Shown piece by piece: positions 54,437 through 64,000 of a stretch of DNA of 64,000 nucleotides. Positions within the stretch are counted from its first letter, which is position 1. The number at the start of each line of letters is the position of its first letter. The DNA is taken from assembly GCA_043827405.1 (NCBI GenBank), contig JBDRPD010000083.1, positions 141,166-205,165 of the forward strand. Direction: 5' to 3'. The position numbers and the translations under genes are program-made. The notes under the pieces are model-generated. The model had not been told where the DNA came from. It ran no database searches and was given only the letters and a program-made list of their open reading frames with translations. The stretch comes from Elusimicrobiota bacterium. GTDB taxonomy: Bacteria; Elusimicrobiota; Elusimicrobia; UBA1565.

Positions 54437-54775
54437 ATGAATTCAAGCGATGTCCCGGTGAAAAAGTTCGATATGCCGTGCGCGCTCGCGGAGCTGACGG
54501 CGTATCAAGAGGGCGCGGTGACCAGCCGGCAGATCGTCAAGAAAGATGCCGGCGGCGTCACCGTCTTCGCGTTCGCTAAGGGGGAGGGGCTCAGCGAACA
54601 TACCGCGCCCTTCGACGCCATGGTTTACGTGGTGGACGGGGCGGCGGAAATCAGCATCTCCGGCCGGCCGCACCTGCTCAAGACCGGCGACATGATCGTC
54701 ATGCCCGCCAATGAGCCGCATGCCGTACAGGCGGTCGAGAAGTTCAAGATGCTGCTGGTCATGATCAAGAAGTGA
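54437..54775 (+). CDS. Cupin-domain protein
   Basis: Small beta-barrel cupin pattern (GEGLSEHTAPFDAMVYVVDGAAEISISGRPHLLKTGDMIVMPANEPHAV). Confidence 0.75.
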   Translation: MNSSDVPVKKFDMPCALAELTAYQEGAVTSRQIVKKDAGGVTVFAFAKGEGLSEHTAPFDAMVYVVDGAAEISISGRPHLLKTGDMIVMPANEPHAVQAVEKFKMLLVMIKK

Positions 54776-54784
54776 GGAGGTTTT

Positions 54785-55324
54785 ATGGGCGCCACGAAAG
54801 AGCTGACGAGCGAGCATAAGAATATTCTGCAGGTGATCGATGCGCTCGAACGGGAGTGCGCCGCGCTGGATAGCGGCAAGGCGGTGGATTCGGTGTTTTT
54901 CGCCAAGGCAGTCGATTTCATCCGCAGCTATGCCGACAAGTTCCATCACGCCAAGGAGGAGGATATCCTCTTCGCCGAGCTCAGTGGGCCGGGCGTCGCG
55001 ATGCATTGCGATCCCCGCGAGCAGATGCTCTATGAGCATGATGCTGGCCGCAAGTTTGTGCGGGGCTTGGAGGAGGCCGTCGCGGCCGGTGACAAAGGCC
55101 GGGTTGTCGAGAACGCCGGCGGCTATGCCCAGCTTCTGCGGCAGCATATCTACAAAGAGGACCGGATCCTCTATCCCATGGCCGAACAGGCCTTGGGCGA
55201 GGAGCGGGGCGCTAAGATGGCCGAGCGCTTTCGCGCCGTGGATGAGAAGTTCGCCGCCGCCAACGAAAAGCAGCTCGCTTTCGTGCGTGAGGCTTCCGAG
55301 AGGTATACACAAAAGGCCGCTTGA
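54785..55324 (+). CDS. Hemerythrin-like (HHE cation-binding) domain protein
   Basis: H...HH...E iron-binding ligand pattern (EHKNI..., DKFHHAKEEDILF, HIYKEDRILYP). Confidence 0.8.
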   Translation: MGATKELTSEHKNILQVIDALERECAALDSGKAVDSVFFAKAVDFIRSYADKFHHAKEEDILFAELSGPGVAMHCDPREQMLYEHDAGRKFVRGLEEAVAAGDKGRVVENAGGYAQLLRQHIYKEDRILYPMAEQALGEERGAKMAERFRAVDEKFAAANEKQLAFVREASERYTQKAA

Positions 55325-55327
55325 CCC

Positions 55328-55346
55328 CATATACCCCATGGGGGTA
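55328..55346. promoter_or_regulatory. CsoR-type operator: perfect inverted repeat TATACCCC-ATG-GGGGTATA
   Basis: 8-bp perfect arms, GC-rich core flanked by AT, located between the hemerythrin gene and csoR. Resembles known CsoR boxes. Confidence 0.7.
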
Positions 55347-55365
55347 TACTATGGGCGGAGGCTTT

Positions 55366-55638
55366 ATGGAACAAAAGCATTCCGGCCAGGTGCGGCGGCT
55401 CAACCGCATCGAGGGGCAGGTCCGGGGCATCCGGAAAATGATCGAGGACGGCCGCTACTGCGTCGACATCGCGACGCAGATCAAGGCGGTGCGCGCGGCG
55501 CTCAAGCAGGTGGAGCTCAGCGTCTTCGACTCGCATATGCGCACCTGCGTGAAGTCCGCGTTCGAATCCAAAAACAAGAAGCGCATCGAAGCCAAGCTCG
55601 GCGAGATCCAAAAGCTGCTGCGGGCCCGGGATGGCTGA
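55366..55638 (+). CDS. csoR: CsoR/RcnR-family metal-sensing transcriptional repressor
   Basis: [36 protein letters not shown]...HMRTC carries the Cys-His-Cys copper-site pattern. GGAGG RBS before the ATG at 55366. 8-nt overlap with copA. Confidence 0.85.
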   Translation: MEQKHSGQVRRLNRIEGQVRGIRKMIEDGRYCVDIATQIKAVRAALKQVELSVFDSHMRTCVKSAFESKNKKRIEAKLGEIQKLLRARDG

Positions 55639-58078
55639 GACCGGGCTGGAGCTGCGCATCGAGGGCATGACCTGCGCCTCCTGCGTTCGCCACGTCGAGC
55701 GGGCGCTGGCCGGGGTCGCCGGCGTGCGCACGGCCGAGGTCAACCTCGCGAGCGAGACCGCGCGCGTTACCGCCGACGGAGCGATGCCGCCGCTGGCGCT
55801 CTTCCGGGAAGCGGCGCGACGCGCGGGCTACCGTGCCGAGCTCAGCACCGGGCGGGGGGAGAATATCGCCCGCCGGGACGGCGAACGGGAGGCTCTGCGG
55901 CGCCGGCTGCTGACCGCCGCGGCCTTTACTATCCCCCTGTTTTTTCTCGCCATGACGGAGATGGCTGGTCTTCCTTTGCCGGGGGCTCTGCAGCCGGCGG
56001 CACACCCCCTGCGCTTCTCGCTGCTGCAGCTCATGCTCGTGCTGCCGGCGCTGTTTGCCGGACGGGCTTTCTACACCACGGGCTTGTCGCGTCTTTTTCG
56101 GCTCGATCCCAGCATGGATTCGCTCATCGCGGTCGGCACGGCCGCCGCCTTCATCTACAGCGCCTGGAATACCGGCTTGATCGCCGTCGGCCGTTACGAA
56201 ATGGCCAGGCATCTGTACTATGAGACCGCCGGCATGATCATCACCTTGATCCTGCTGGGCAAATACCTGGAGTCTCTCAGCAAGGGACGGGCCTCCGCCG
56301 CGGTAGCAAAGCTTATGGATATGAGCCCGCAGGCCGCGCGCATGATGCGGGACGGCGAGGAACGCGAGATTCCGCTGTCCGAGGTCGGCGTCGGCGACGA
56401 ACTATTGGTGCGGCCGGGTGAACGGGTGCCCGTCGACGGGGTGGTTCTGGAAGGCCGCACCAGCATCGACGAGTCCATGCTGACGGGTGAGCCGCTGCCG
56501 GCCGACAAGGAGCCGGGCGCCGCCGTCACCGGCGCTACCATCAACCAGCAGGGATTTTTCCGCATGCGGGCCGAGCGCGTGGGCGGCGCCACCGTGCTGG
56601 CGCAGATCGTGCGCATGGTGGAGGCCGCCCAAGGGAGCAAGGCGCCGATCGCGCGCATCGCGGATACGATATCCGGCTATTTCGTGCCGGCCGTCGTCGG
56701 CTTCGCGTTGGCCGCGGCCTTGGGCTGGTACGCCGTCGGCATGGCGGCTCCCTTCGTGCTCAAGATTTTTATCGCGGTGCTGATTATCGCCTGCCCTTGC
56801 GCGCTCGGTCTGGCCACTCCTACGGCGGTGATGGTCGGCACGGGGCGCGGGGCCTCGCTCGGGGTTTTGCTCAAGGGCGGAGAGGCTCTCGAGGCTGCCG
56901 GCCGCCTGGATACCATGGTATTCGACAAGACCGGGACGATTACCTGCGGTCGGCCGTTGGTTACGGACGTCGTGGCGCTGGGCGCGCGTGATGAAGCGGA
57001 GCTGCTGGCGCTCGCTGCCGGCGCCGAGCGCGGTTCCGAGCATGTCTTGGGACAGGCGGTGCTTGCGGAGGCGCGGCGCCGGGGCGTCGAACCGGCCGCC
57101 GTCACGGATTTCCAGGCCTTGACCGGCTACGGAATCGCTGCCGGAGATGTCCTGGTCGGCAGTGCTCGGCTTATGCGTGAGCGCGGAATCTTTACCGAGC
57201 CGCCGCTGGAGCATGCGCGGCTCGCCGCGGAAGGAAAGACCCCTATTTGCGTGGCGGTCGGCGGGAAGCTCGCGGGGCTGATCGCGGCGGCCGACGAGGT
57301 CAAGCCCGACAGCCGTGAAGCGGTCGCCGCGCTGCGCGCGCTGGGCATGGAAATCGTTATGCTCACCGGCGACGGCCGCAGCACCGCCGAGGCGGTCGCT
57401 AAAGAGGTCGGCATCGACCGGGTGTACGCCGAGATACTTCCCGGCGGCAAAGCCGATAAGGTCCGCGAGCTGCAGCGTGAGGGGCGCCGAGTCGGCATGG
57501 TCGGCGACGGCATAAACGACGCGCCGGCGCTGGCGCAGGCCGATGTGGGTATCGCCATGGGGTCGGGGACCGATATCGCCATAGAGTCGGCCGATATCGT
57601 GCTGATGCGCGAAAGCCTATGGGGCGCGGTCGACGCCGTCGCGCTGAGCCGCGCCGCGCTGCGCACGATAAAACAGAACCTGTTCTGGGCCTTGGCCTAC
57701 AATGCCGTCTGTATTCCCATCGCGGCGGGCCTGCTGACCTTGTTCGGCGGTCCGGCGCTTAACCCGATGATCGCGGCGGCGGCCATGGCGCTGAGCTCGG
57801 TCTCGGTGGTGACCAACGCTTTAAGGCTGCGCGGCTTCGTGTCGTTACGACCGGCGGTCGGGAAACGGGGAGTGGATATGAAGAAACTTACCATAGACGG
57901 CATGACGTGCAAAAACTGCGTACGCCACGCTGTCGAGGCGCTGCAAGGCGTCGCGGGCGTGACCAAGGCCGAGGTCGATCTTGAAAGCAAGACCGCGACG
58001 GTCGAAGGCGATGTTCCCGAGCAGTTGCTGCGCGAGGCGGTGGAGAAAGCGGGCTACAAGGTTACCGGCGTCGAATAG
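55631..58078 (+). CDS. copA: Copper-translocating P1B-type ATPase with N- and C-terminal heavy-metal-associated domains
   Basis: N-terminal HMA ([12 protein letters not shown]). CPC motif ([11 protein letters not shown]). DKTGTIT phosphorylation site. [10 protein letters not shown]. An extra C-terminal HMA ([13 protein letters not shown]). Confidence 0.93.
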   Translation: MAETGLELRIEGMTCASCVRHVERALAGVAGVRTAEVNLASETARVTADGAMPPLALFREAARRAGYRAELSTGRGENIARRDGEREALRRRLLTAAAFTIPLFFLAMTEMAGLPLPGALQPAAHPLRFSLLQLMLVLPALFAGRAFYTTGLSRLFRLDPSMDSLIAVGTAAAFIYSAWNTGLIAVGRYEMARHLYYETAGMIITLILLGKYLESLSKGRASAAVAKLMDMSPQAARMMRDGEEREIPLSEVGVGDELLVRPGERVPVDGVVLEGRTSIDESMLTGEPLPADKEPGAAVTGATINQQGFFRMRAERVGGATVLAQIVRMVEAAQGSKAPIARIADTISGYFVPAVVGFALAAALGWYAVGMAAPFVLKIFIAVLIIACPCALGLATPTAVMVGTGRGASLGVLLKGGEALEAAGRLDTMVFDKTGTITCGRPLVTDVVALGARDEAELLALAAGAERGSEHVLGQAVLAEARRRGVEPAAVTDFQALTGYGIAAGDVLVGSARLMRERGIFTEPPLEHARLAAEGKTPICVAVGGKLAGLIAAADEVKPDSREAVAALRALGMEIVMLTGDGRSTAEAVAKEVGIDRVYAEILPGGKADKVRELQREGRRVGMVGDGINDAPALAQADVGIAMGSGTDIAIESADIVLMRESLWGAVDAVALSRAALRTIKQNLFWALAYNAVCIPIAAGLLTLFGGPALNPMIAAAAMALSSVSVVTNALRLRGFVSLRPAVGKRGVDMKKLTIDGMTCKNCVRHAVEALQGVAGVTKAEVDLESKTATVEGDVPEQLLREAVEKAGYKVTGVE

Positions 58079-58079
58079 C

Positions 58080-58658
58080 TCAGCCCAGCTGCGCCGCCGC
58101 GAATTTCCAGTTCACCAGCTTCCAGAACGCCTCAAGGTACTTGGGGCGGGCGTTGCGGTAGTCGATATAGTAGGCATGCTCCCATACGTCGCAGGTCAAT
58201 AGCGGCGTTTTCCCAGCGGTCAGCGGATTGCCGGCGTTCTGGGTGCTGAGTATCTCCAGCGTCCCGTCGGCATTCTTCACCAGCCAGGCCCAGCCCGAGC
58301 CGAAAGTCGTGGCGGCTGTTTGGGTGAAGGCTTCCTGGAACTTGGCAAAGGATCCGAAGTCGTTCTCGATTGCCTCCGCCAGCGCGCCGGTCGGGGCGCC
58401 GCCGCCCTGGGGGCTGAGGCAGTTCCAGTAGAAGGTGTGGTTGTAGACCTGGGCGGCGTTGTTGAATAGGCCGCCTTTCGCTTTGCGGATGATGTCTTCG
58501 AGCGCGGCGTCGGCGAACTCGGTGCCCTCAATCAGCTTGTTGAGGTTGGCGACATAGGCGTTGTGGTGCTTGCCGTAGTGAAAATCCAGAGTCTCGGCCG
58601 AGATATACGGCGCCAAGGCGTCCTTCGCGTAGGGAAGATCGGGCAGGGTATGGGTCAT
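58080..58658 (-). CDS. sodB: Fe/Mn superoxide dismutase
   Basis: [16 protein letters not shown]...HHNAYV...[11 protein letters not shown] metal ligands. Convergent with copA, with 1 nt between the stops. Confidence 0.93.
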   Translation of the reverse strand: MTHTLPDLPYAKDALAPYISAETLDFHYGKHHNAYVANLNKLIEGTEFADAALEDIIRKAKGGLFNNAAQVYNHTFYWNCLSPQGGGAPTGALAEAIENDFGSFAKFQEAFTQTAATTFGSGWAWLVKNADGTLEILSTQNAGNPLTAGKTPLLTCDVWEHAYYIDYRNARPKYLEAFWKLVNWKFAAAQLG

Positions 58659-58708
58659 GGTGCGCTCCTTTTTGGTTTCGGTTTTATGGTAGCAAAAGCC
58701 GCCGCTCC

Positions 58709-60187
58709 TCACTCCATGGCGGCGATGATTTCAGCCATGGCAATGACGGCGAATCCGGTCACGCGGTCCGATATGCCGTAGGGCAGGATCAATTGGTCGC
58801 CGTATAGCAGCGCGCCGCAGGTATAGAGGACATTGGGAACATAGCCTTTCCGTTCGGCTCCTTCGGGTGCCATCAGGGGCCGGCGCAGCCGGCCGATCAC
58901 CTTGGAAGGATCGTCGCGGTCCAGCAAAAAAGCGCCGAGGCAGTACTTCCGCATGGGCCCCACCCCGTGACTCAGCACCAGCCAGCCCGCATCCGTCTCG
59001 ATGGGAGACCCGCAGTTTCCCAGCTTCACGAACTCCCAGGGGTGAGCGGGCGAGATGATGCGCCGGGACTTGTTCCAAAAATGCACGTTGTCGGAGTACA
59101 TCAGGGAAATGTTCTCGCCGTCCTGGCGGGAGAGCATGGCGAATCGGCCGTTTATCCGGCGCGGGAAGAGGGCCATCCCCTTGTCCTGCACCCCGGGGCC
59201 GTTGAGCGTGGCGAACTTGAAGTGCCGGAAGTCCTTCGTCGCAAAGAGCTGCGGAAGCACGTTGCGGCCGTCGTAGGCGGTATAGGTGGCGTAATAGATC
59301 GTTTTTCCGTCGTCGTCTCGATGCGCGGTCAGACGCACGTCCTCGAGGCCGTTGCTTTGGATGGGCGTGACGGGAAAGATGATCCTTTCGGAGAGCTCCT
59401 GGCCCGCGGGAAACCGGATGTCGTAGTTGGACTGCGCCAAAAGCCACAGGCCCTTGGCGGTGTCGTTGTCCATTATTTTTTGGCCGGGGGCCGTTTCGCG
59501 CAGGATTTCGTTGAGGCGGCGCTTGAGCTCTTTGAGGGTGAAAAAGTCTCCCAGGCGGTCCAGCACTCGCTCCACCCATTCGCCGGCCAGGCCCATTTCC
59601 GCGACTTTCCGTCCGAAGAGCGCTTTGTGATAAGTCGAGTTTTCAATGACCTCGGGCGTGGTTAGATACCGCGATGCCGGGTCAACGGAAATGCTGGTGT
59701 GCGCGTCAATGACGCCGCTGCGGAAAGAGATGGAAGATATATGGCCCTCACCCGTCGACCGCAAGCTCAGCAGGAAGCGCAGGCTCCCCCGCGGCAGCTT
59801 CGATTGGTCGGGATGGGGAATGATGGACGGATTGAAGAGCGCCGCGGACTCGGCCGAGTATTCGAACATGAAGTAGGAGCCGATCAGCAGCTTGCGCGCC
59901 GGCGAAATGCCGCCGCCCGGGGGCAGATGACGCTCCAGGTGGTGAAACCTCGCCAGCAGGCGCTTGCTCAGCAGCCGGTGGCGGGAGGAAAACTCCTCGA
60001 GGACCTGATCCAGCAGGCGCTCGACGTCGTCCTCCGGCAGCGCCAGCGCGCGGCGAATTATTTTGTCGTACTCCATGTCGGAGGCGAGCCCCAGCGGCCG
60101 CAGGACCACCCGGCTTTGGTCCGGGGACAGCTGGATATCCGTCCGGCGGACGTCGATGGGCTTGGGTTCGCGCGCGGGGCGTTTCAT
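58709..60187 (-). CDS. GH130-family glycoside phosphorylase/hydrolase with an about 200-aa N-terminal extension
   Basis: C-terminal five-bladed propeller GH130 motifs (EDVRLTAH...[12 protein letters not shown]...[21 protein letters not shown]...[10 protein letters not shown]). Confidence 0.75.
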   Translation of the reverse strand: MKRPAREPKPIDVRRTDIQLSPDQSRVVLRPLGLASDMEYDKIIRRALALPEDDVERLLDQVLEEFSSRHRLLSKRLLARFHHLERHLPPGGGISPARKLLIGSYFMFEYSAESAALFNPSIIPHPDQSKLPRGSLRFLLSLRSTGEGHISSISFRSGVIDAHTSISVDPASRYLTTPEVIENSTYHKALFGRKVAEMGLAGEWVERVLDRLGDFFTLKELKRRLNEILRETAPGQKIMDNDTAKGLWLLAQSNYDIRFPAGQELSERIIFPVTPIQSNGLEDVRLTAHRDDDGKTIYYATYTAYDGRNVLPQLFATKDFRHFKFATLNGPGVQDKGMALFPRRINGRFAMLSRQDGENISLMYSDNVHFWNKSRRIISPAHPWEFVKLGNCGSPIETDAGWLVLSHGVGPMRKYCLGAFLLDRDDPSKVIGRLRRPLMAPEGAERKGYVPNVLYTCGALLYGDQLILPYGISDRVTGFAVIAMAEIIAAME

Positions 60188-62469
60188 TTAACAGGGTGGG
60201 GGTTTTTAAAGGCGGCCAGTTCGTTGTGCGCCCGCTGCATCTCCGCCAGCGAGACAAGGAACGCCAAGGTGGATTCCGCTCCTTGGTTCTGGTTCGCGCG
60301 GTCCACATGCAGGCCGTCCCGGCAGCCGCCGGTGTTGGGATCGTAGAGAAAGAGGCCCAAATCGTTTCGTCCTAAAAACCAGTCGAAGGCGCGGCGCGCC
60401 TGGCTGAACCAATATTCATCCGCGGTGCACCGGTAAGCCTCCAGGCAGGCGGACACCATGGTCTGCGCCTCGATGGGCTGCTGGTCGAAATTCGCCCGCT
60501 CGCCGCCGCGCTCATAAAAACCGTTGGAGCCGATGGGACGGAGATAGCCCCCTTCGGCGGTCTGGATTTCGGTGAGCCAGCGCAGGCTTTTCAAGCCGAC
60601 CTCGAGCACGTCGGCACGGGAGGTTTCCTTGCCGCTGATAATCAGCGCGTGGGGAAGCCCGGCGTTCATGTAGGTCACCGAGTCCTCGAACCAGGGCCAC
60701 TCGGGGGTGGCGGTGCGATGGTAGAGGCCCAGCAAAAGGTCGGTGAGAGTGTCCCGCACTTGGCTTACCTGCCGGTCTCCGTTGAGACGCCGCAGGTATT
60801 CGTGGGCGCCGATCAGGGCCAGCGCCCATGCCCGGGGGGAGCTGAATTCCGTCACCGGAGTGAGCGCCCGCGGGAAAATATGTCCCGCGAGGGCTTGAAA
60901 GCCGGGATTTTTCGAGCGGCCGACGCAGGTCCCCAGGGCCATCAGCGCGCGGCCGCAGCAGTCCTCGGATACGGCTTCGTCTTCCCACGACCGGTTGAAT
61001 CCCATGAAGTTCCGAAAACGCTTCAGCTTCGGGTCGAAGGCGTATTGCAGGAAGGCGGCATAGGTGGTGGCGGCGTTCAAGAGCGGGGGCGAATCTTCCC
61101 CCAGCTCATCGAGAAGAACCGATAAAATCAGGGCGCGGGCATTGTCGTCGGTGCAGTAGCCGGTGTGAAAGTTCGGTACCGCCGCGATGGCGTGCTGAAA
61201 GATGCCCGTGGAGTCGGTCATCCGGTAAAGGTGATCGAGCTTCATTTCGGGCAGGCCCGTGAGCTGCTTGTCGAGCGTCTTCACGGTGAAAAGCTTCCGG
61301 GCCAGGCCGGCCCGTTCATTGCGGGCCTGCTCGAAAACCTGCATGTAGGCGCAGGCCGCGTTGCCCCATACCATTTCCCGTCCCATTTTGTAGGCGTTCT
61401 TGCGCATGGCGTTGCGCCGGACATCGTCGGTCAACAGCCCCAACACCTCCCGCGCGATGGCATCCGGGTCGTTGAAGGGAACCAATACCCCGCGGTTGTC
61501 GGCCAACAGCTCCTGGGCGTGCCAGTAGGGGGTGGACACCACCGCCTTGCCCGCGCCGAAGCAATAGGCCAGCGTCCCGGATACGATCTGGGCTTCGTTT
61601 AAATAGGGAGTGATGTAGATGTCGGCGGCGCCGATGAACTCCTTGAGCTCGGTCAGCTCCACGAAGCGGTTGTAAAAGATCACGTTCTTCTTTACGCCGT
61701 TCTTCTCGGCCAGCAGCTCCAGGCTTAGACGGTAAGACTCACCCGCCTCCCGTCGGAGGTGCGGATGGGTGGCCCCTAAAATGATGTAAACCACGTCGGG
61801 GCGCTCCGCTACGATTTTGGGCAGGGCGTTAAGCACGTGCTCGATGCCCTTGTTGGGAGAGAGCAGGCCGAAGGTCAGCAGCACCTGCTTGCCCTCCACG
61901 CCGAAGAGATCCTTGTAGTAGCTGGAATCCACGAACGAGGTCTCCGGGATGCCGTGGGGAATTATGTCTATCTTGGCGGCGGGGGCCTGGTGAACATCGC
62001 GCAGGAACTCCGCCGCCTTATGGGACATCACCACCGTGCGGGTGGAGAGCTGGATCAGCTCCTGCATCACCCGCTTCTGCTCGGCGCTGGGCGTTTTAAG
62101 CACGGTATGGAGCGTGGTGACGATGGGCAGCTCCACCTCGCGCAGCAGCGCCAGCAGGTGCCCGCCCGAAGGCCCTCCGTAAATGCCGTACTCGTGCTGG
62201 ACGCAGAGCACGTCCACATTGCTGATGCCCAGGAAATCCGCCGCCCGCCCGTACGACGCCAAATTCTGCTCCTCGATTTCAAAGCGGACCTCGTGGGGGT
62301 AGTCGTAGCCTCCCTTGACGTCGTTTATGGGCACGGCGAAGCACTGTACTTTCGGGAATTGGGCCGTGACGGAGGTGCATAGATCCGTGGTGAAGGTGGC
62401 GATGCCGCAAAGCCGCGGCAGGTAGTTGCCTAAAAAGGCGATCTTGCGGATTTCGCAGCGGGGCGTCAT
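60184..62469 (-). CDS. Fusion protein: N-terminal GT4 (group 1) glycosyltransferase + C-terminal (alpha/alpha)6-barrel glycoside-hydrolase-like domain
   Basis: GT4 motifs (LLSPNKGIEHV...FITPYLNEAQIVSGTLAYCFGAGKAVVSTP). C-terminal 380 aa with a six-hairpin glycosidase-like pattern. 4-nt overlap with the GH130 gene. Confidence 0.75.
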   Translation of the reverse strand: MTPRCEIRKIAFLGNYLPRLCGIATFTTDLCTSVTAQFPKVQCFAVPINDVKGGYDYPHEVRFEIEEQNLASYGRAADFLGISNVDVLCVQHEYGIYGGPSGGHLLALLREVELPIVTTLHTVLKTPSAEQKRVMQELIQLSTRTVVMSHKAAEFLRDVHQAPAAKIDIIPHGIPETSFVDSSYYKDLFGVEGKQVLLTFGLLSPNKGIEHVLNALPKIVAERPDVVYIILGATHPHLRREAGESYRLSLELLAEKNGVKKNVIFYNRFVELTELKEFIGAADIYITPYLNEAQIVSGTLAYCFGAGKAVVSTPYWHAQELLADNRGVLVPFNDPDAIAREVLGLLTDDVRRNAMRKNAYKMGREMVWGNAACAYMQVFEQARNERAGLARKLFTVKTLDKQLTGLPEMKLDHLYRMTDSTGIFQHAIAAVPNFHTGYCTDDNARALILSVLLDELGEDSPPLLNAATTYAAFLQYAFDPKLKRFRNFMGFNRSWEDEAVSEDCCGRALMALGTCVGRSKNPGFQALAGHIFPRALTPVTEFSSPRAWALALIGAHEYLRRLNGDRQVSQVRDTLTDLLLGLYHRTATPEWPWFEDSVTYMNAGLPHALIISGKETSRADVLEVGLKSLRWLTEIQTAEGGYLRPIGSNGFYERGGERANFDQQPIEAQTMVSACLEAYRCTADEYWFSQARRAFDWFLGRNDLGLFLYDPNTGGCRDGLHVDRANQNQGAESTLAFLVSLAEMQRAHNELAAFKNPHPVK

Positions 62470-62519
62470 TGCGTGTTCTCGTGCTCGGCCATGAACTTCA
62501 AGGGGCGGGTGCTCACGGG

Positions 62520-63272
62520 CTAATTCTTGCCGTCGGCGAACTTATTAAGCACGCTTAAGAAATCCAGCGGTATGGGGAAGATCACCGTCGAGTTCTTGTC
62601 GACCGAGATCTCGGTCAGGGTCTGCAGGTAGCGCAGCTGGATGCCGGCCGGGTTCTTCGAAAGCACGGCCGCGGCCTGGGTCAGCTTCTCGGAGGCCTGC
62701 AGCTCGCCCTCGGCATGGATGATCTTGGCCCGCCGCTCGCGCTCCGCCTCGGCCTGCTTGGCCATGGAGCGCTGCATGGTTTCGGGCAGGTCCACATCCT
62801 TGACTTCGACCTTGCTGACCTTCACTCCCCATGGATCGGTGTCCGTATCGAGGATCTTCTGCAGTTCCATGTTGATCTTGTCGCGATTGCTGAGCAGGTC
62901 GTCGAGCTCCATCTTGCCCAGCACCCCGCGCAGGGTCGTCTGCGCCAGCTGGCTGGTGGCGTAGTAGTAGTCTTCGACCTCGATGACGGCCTTTTCCGCC
63001 GCCATGACCCGGTAGTAGACCACGGCATTGACCTTCACCGTGACGTTGTCGCGCGTGATGACGTCCTGCGGCGGGACGTCGAGCACTATGGTGCGCAGGC
63101 TGATGCGGGTCATCTGCTGGATGCCGGGGATGACGATGATCAGGCCCGGCCCCTTGACGCCTGAGTAGCGCCCCAAAGTGAAGATGACCCCGCGCTCGTA
63201 CTCCTGGAGTATTTTGATCGCGCTGAAGAGCACGACGACCAGGATGACGACAATAGGAACAAATCCAATCAT
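62520..63272 (-). CDS. Stomatin/prohibitin-type SPFH (band 7) protein
   Basis: N-terminal TM, then a canonical stomatin core ([22 protein letters not shown]...[17 protein letters not shown]...). Confidence 0.9.
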   Translation of the reverse strand: MIGFVPIVVILVVVLFSAIKILQEYERGVIFTLGRYSGVKGPGLIIVIPGIQQMTRISLRTIVLDVPPQDVITRDNVTVKVNAVVYYRVMAAEKAVIEVEDYYYATSQLAQTTLRGVLGKMELDDLLSNRDKINMELQKILDTDTDPWGVKVSKVEVKDVDLPETMQRSMAKQAEAERERRAKIIHAEGELQASEKLTQAAAVLSKNPAGIQLRYLQTLTEISVDKNSTVIFPIPLDFLSVLNKFADGKN

Positions 63273-63958
63273 TGTTTCTCCTCCTTCCTGCGTGGCGGCA
63301 GCTTCCTTTGGTCGGCCGATATCTTAACATCCTTTTTATGCGCCTCGCGTCCGGCTCGCCCCCGCGCCGCCTCGGCGAGCACTTTGTCGATCTTTGCGGT
63401 CTCTTTAGGCAGCAGGCGCCGCGCCAGCGCGATCCACTCCGGGACGCTATCGGCCAGCGCCCTGTCGTCGCCCCGGTTCTTGACCCCGGCGCCGTCGTGA
63501 TCCGCGAGGGTGAGCTGGTATATCCTGGCGATAAGGTAGGCGTCGTCGAGGTACCTGAAGAGCCCCGAGCTGTTTGCGGGCAAAAAGTCGATGGGGTCAT
63601 AGAGGTAGGCCAGGGCGAATCGCTGCATACGGATGACGCGCGCGGGCAGGCCCGACTGGTCGCCCCAGCGGCGTACTTGGGCGATCATGGGGGGCATGGC
63701 CAGGATCATCCGGCGCAGCGGCTGGCCGTAGCGCGCCGCCTCGCGCGGCCCCGTCAGCTGCCGGATGGTCGAAGCGAAATGGTTCCTTGGGTCCGCGGCC
63801 AGCAGCTTCAGCTGCTGGCCTAGAGCTCTCAGCATCCGGGAGCCGCGTAAACGACGTTCGCCGGGCAATTCATAACCCATAGCATACACCCTATGCCGAA
63901 TGTTATAAACTAGATAATTCGAAGGGATACCTTTCAGAAAACTTATGATTCCACTCAA
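63269..63958 (-). CDS. DUF1232 (YkvA-like)-domain protein
   Basis: [29 protein letters not shown] resembles the DUF1232 signature. The start may be the internal MGYEL at 63880. 4-nt overlap with the stomatin gene. Confidence 0.55.
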   Translation of the reverse strand: MSGIISFLKGIPSNYLVYNIRHRVYAMGYELPGERRLRGSRMLRALGQQLKLLAADPRNHFASTIRQLTGPREAARYGQPLRRMILAMPPMIAQVRRWGDQSGLPARVIRMQRFALAYLYDPIDFLPANSSGLFRYLDDAYLIARIYQLTLADHDGAGVKNRGDDRALADSVPEWIALARRLLPKETAKIDKVLAEAARGRAGREAHKKDVKISADQRKLPPRRKEEKQ

Positions 63959-64000
63959 CTACCACCACCTGTATTACTTCTACAGCGTCGCGCGGGCGGG

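Noticed and set aside
1-64000. Searched for tRNA/rRNA genes, CRISPR repeats and IS/transposase/integrase genes
   Set aside because: No cloverleaf-compatible segments, no regularly spaced direct repeats, and no transposase-like or integrase-like ORFs were seen. Intergenic regions are short and mostly promoter or terminator sized.

Overview
High-GC (about 65-68 %) bacterial chromosomal window with dense coding on both strands and many 4-8 nt start/stop overlaps, from a diderm organism of uncertain phylum. I found no rRNA, tRNA, CRISPR array, transposase or integrase.

Housekeeping content, all called from protein-level motifs:
- folD-panE.
- The conserved rpsF-ssb-rpsR-rplI-dnaB-alr block.
- radA followed by a YacL-like PIN/TRAM gene.
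- cysS-rlmB.
- A lipid-trafficking trio, mlaA-mlaC-MMPL/RND.
- A metal/redox island: zupT, an AEC transporter, a TrkA-C protein, cupin, hemerythrin, csoR-copA with a perfect CsoR-type operator palindrome, and sodB.
- A glycan block: GT4-(alpha/alpha)6 fusion, GH130 phosphorylase and two GT-C (PMT/ArnT-like) membrane glycosyltransferases.
- gsp (glutathionylspermidine synthetase/amidase) and two two-component regulators at the 5' end.

The candidates I judge most worth follow-up are non-housekeeping:
1. A six-gene, translationally coupled minus-strand operon at 23.5-32.8 kb: Yip1-like membrane protein, Tim44-like/Zn-ribbon/TerB protein, NfeD protease, COG4260-type SPFH protein with four C-terminal zinc ribbons, LysM lytic transglycosylase, and a signal-peptide/TPR/TM pseudokinase. 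This looks like an uncharacterised envelope microdomain or stress (possibly defence) system.
2. A compact HTH(XRE)+Cys-rich regulator / Pol-beta nucleotidyltransferase pair at 39.7-40.9 kb, with an 18-bp perfect AT-rich palindrome at its start, inserted between two GT-C genes. It resembles a toxin-antitoxin or abortive-infection module.
3. A 2140-aa secreted or anchored protein with two intact subtilase (S8) domains, PBS-lyase HEAT repeats and an upstream HExxH motif.
4. A TM+AAA+/STAND-like ATPase translationally coupled to an MscS channel.

Other observations: a terminator-flanked noncoding stretch with CCCTAA direct repeats (candidate sRNA or attenuator), a small Lys-rich internally duplicated protein next to an orphan excisionase-family HTH, and an Ala/Thr repeat tail on ribosomal protein S6.
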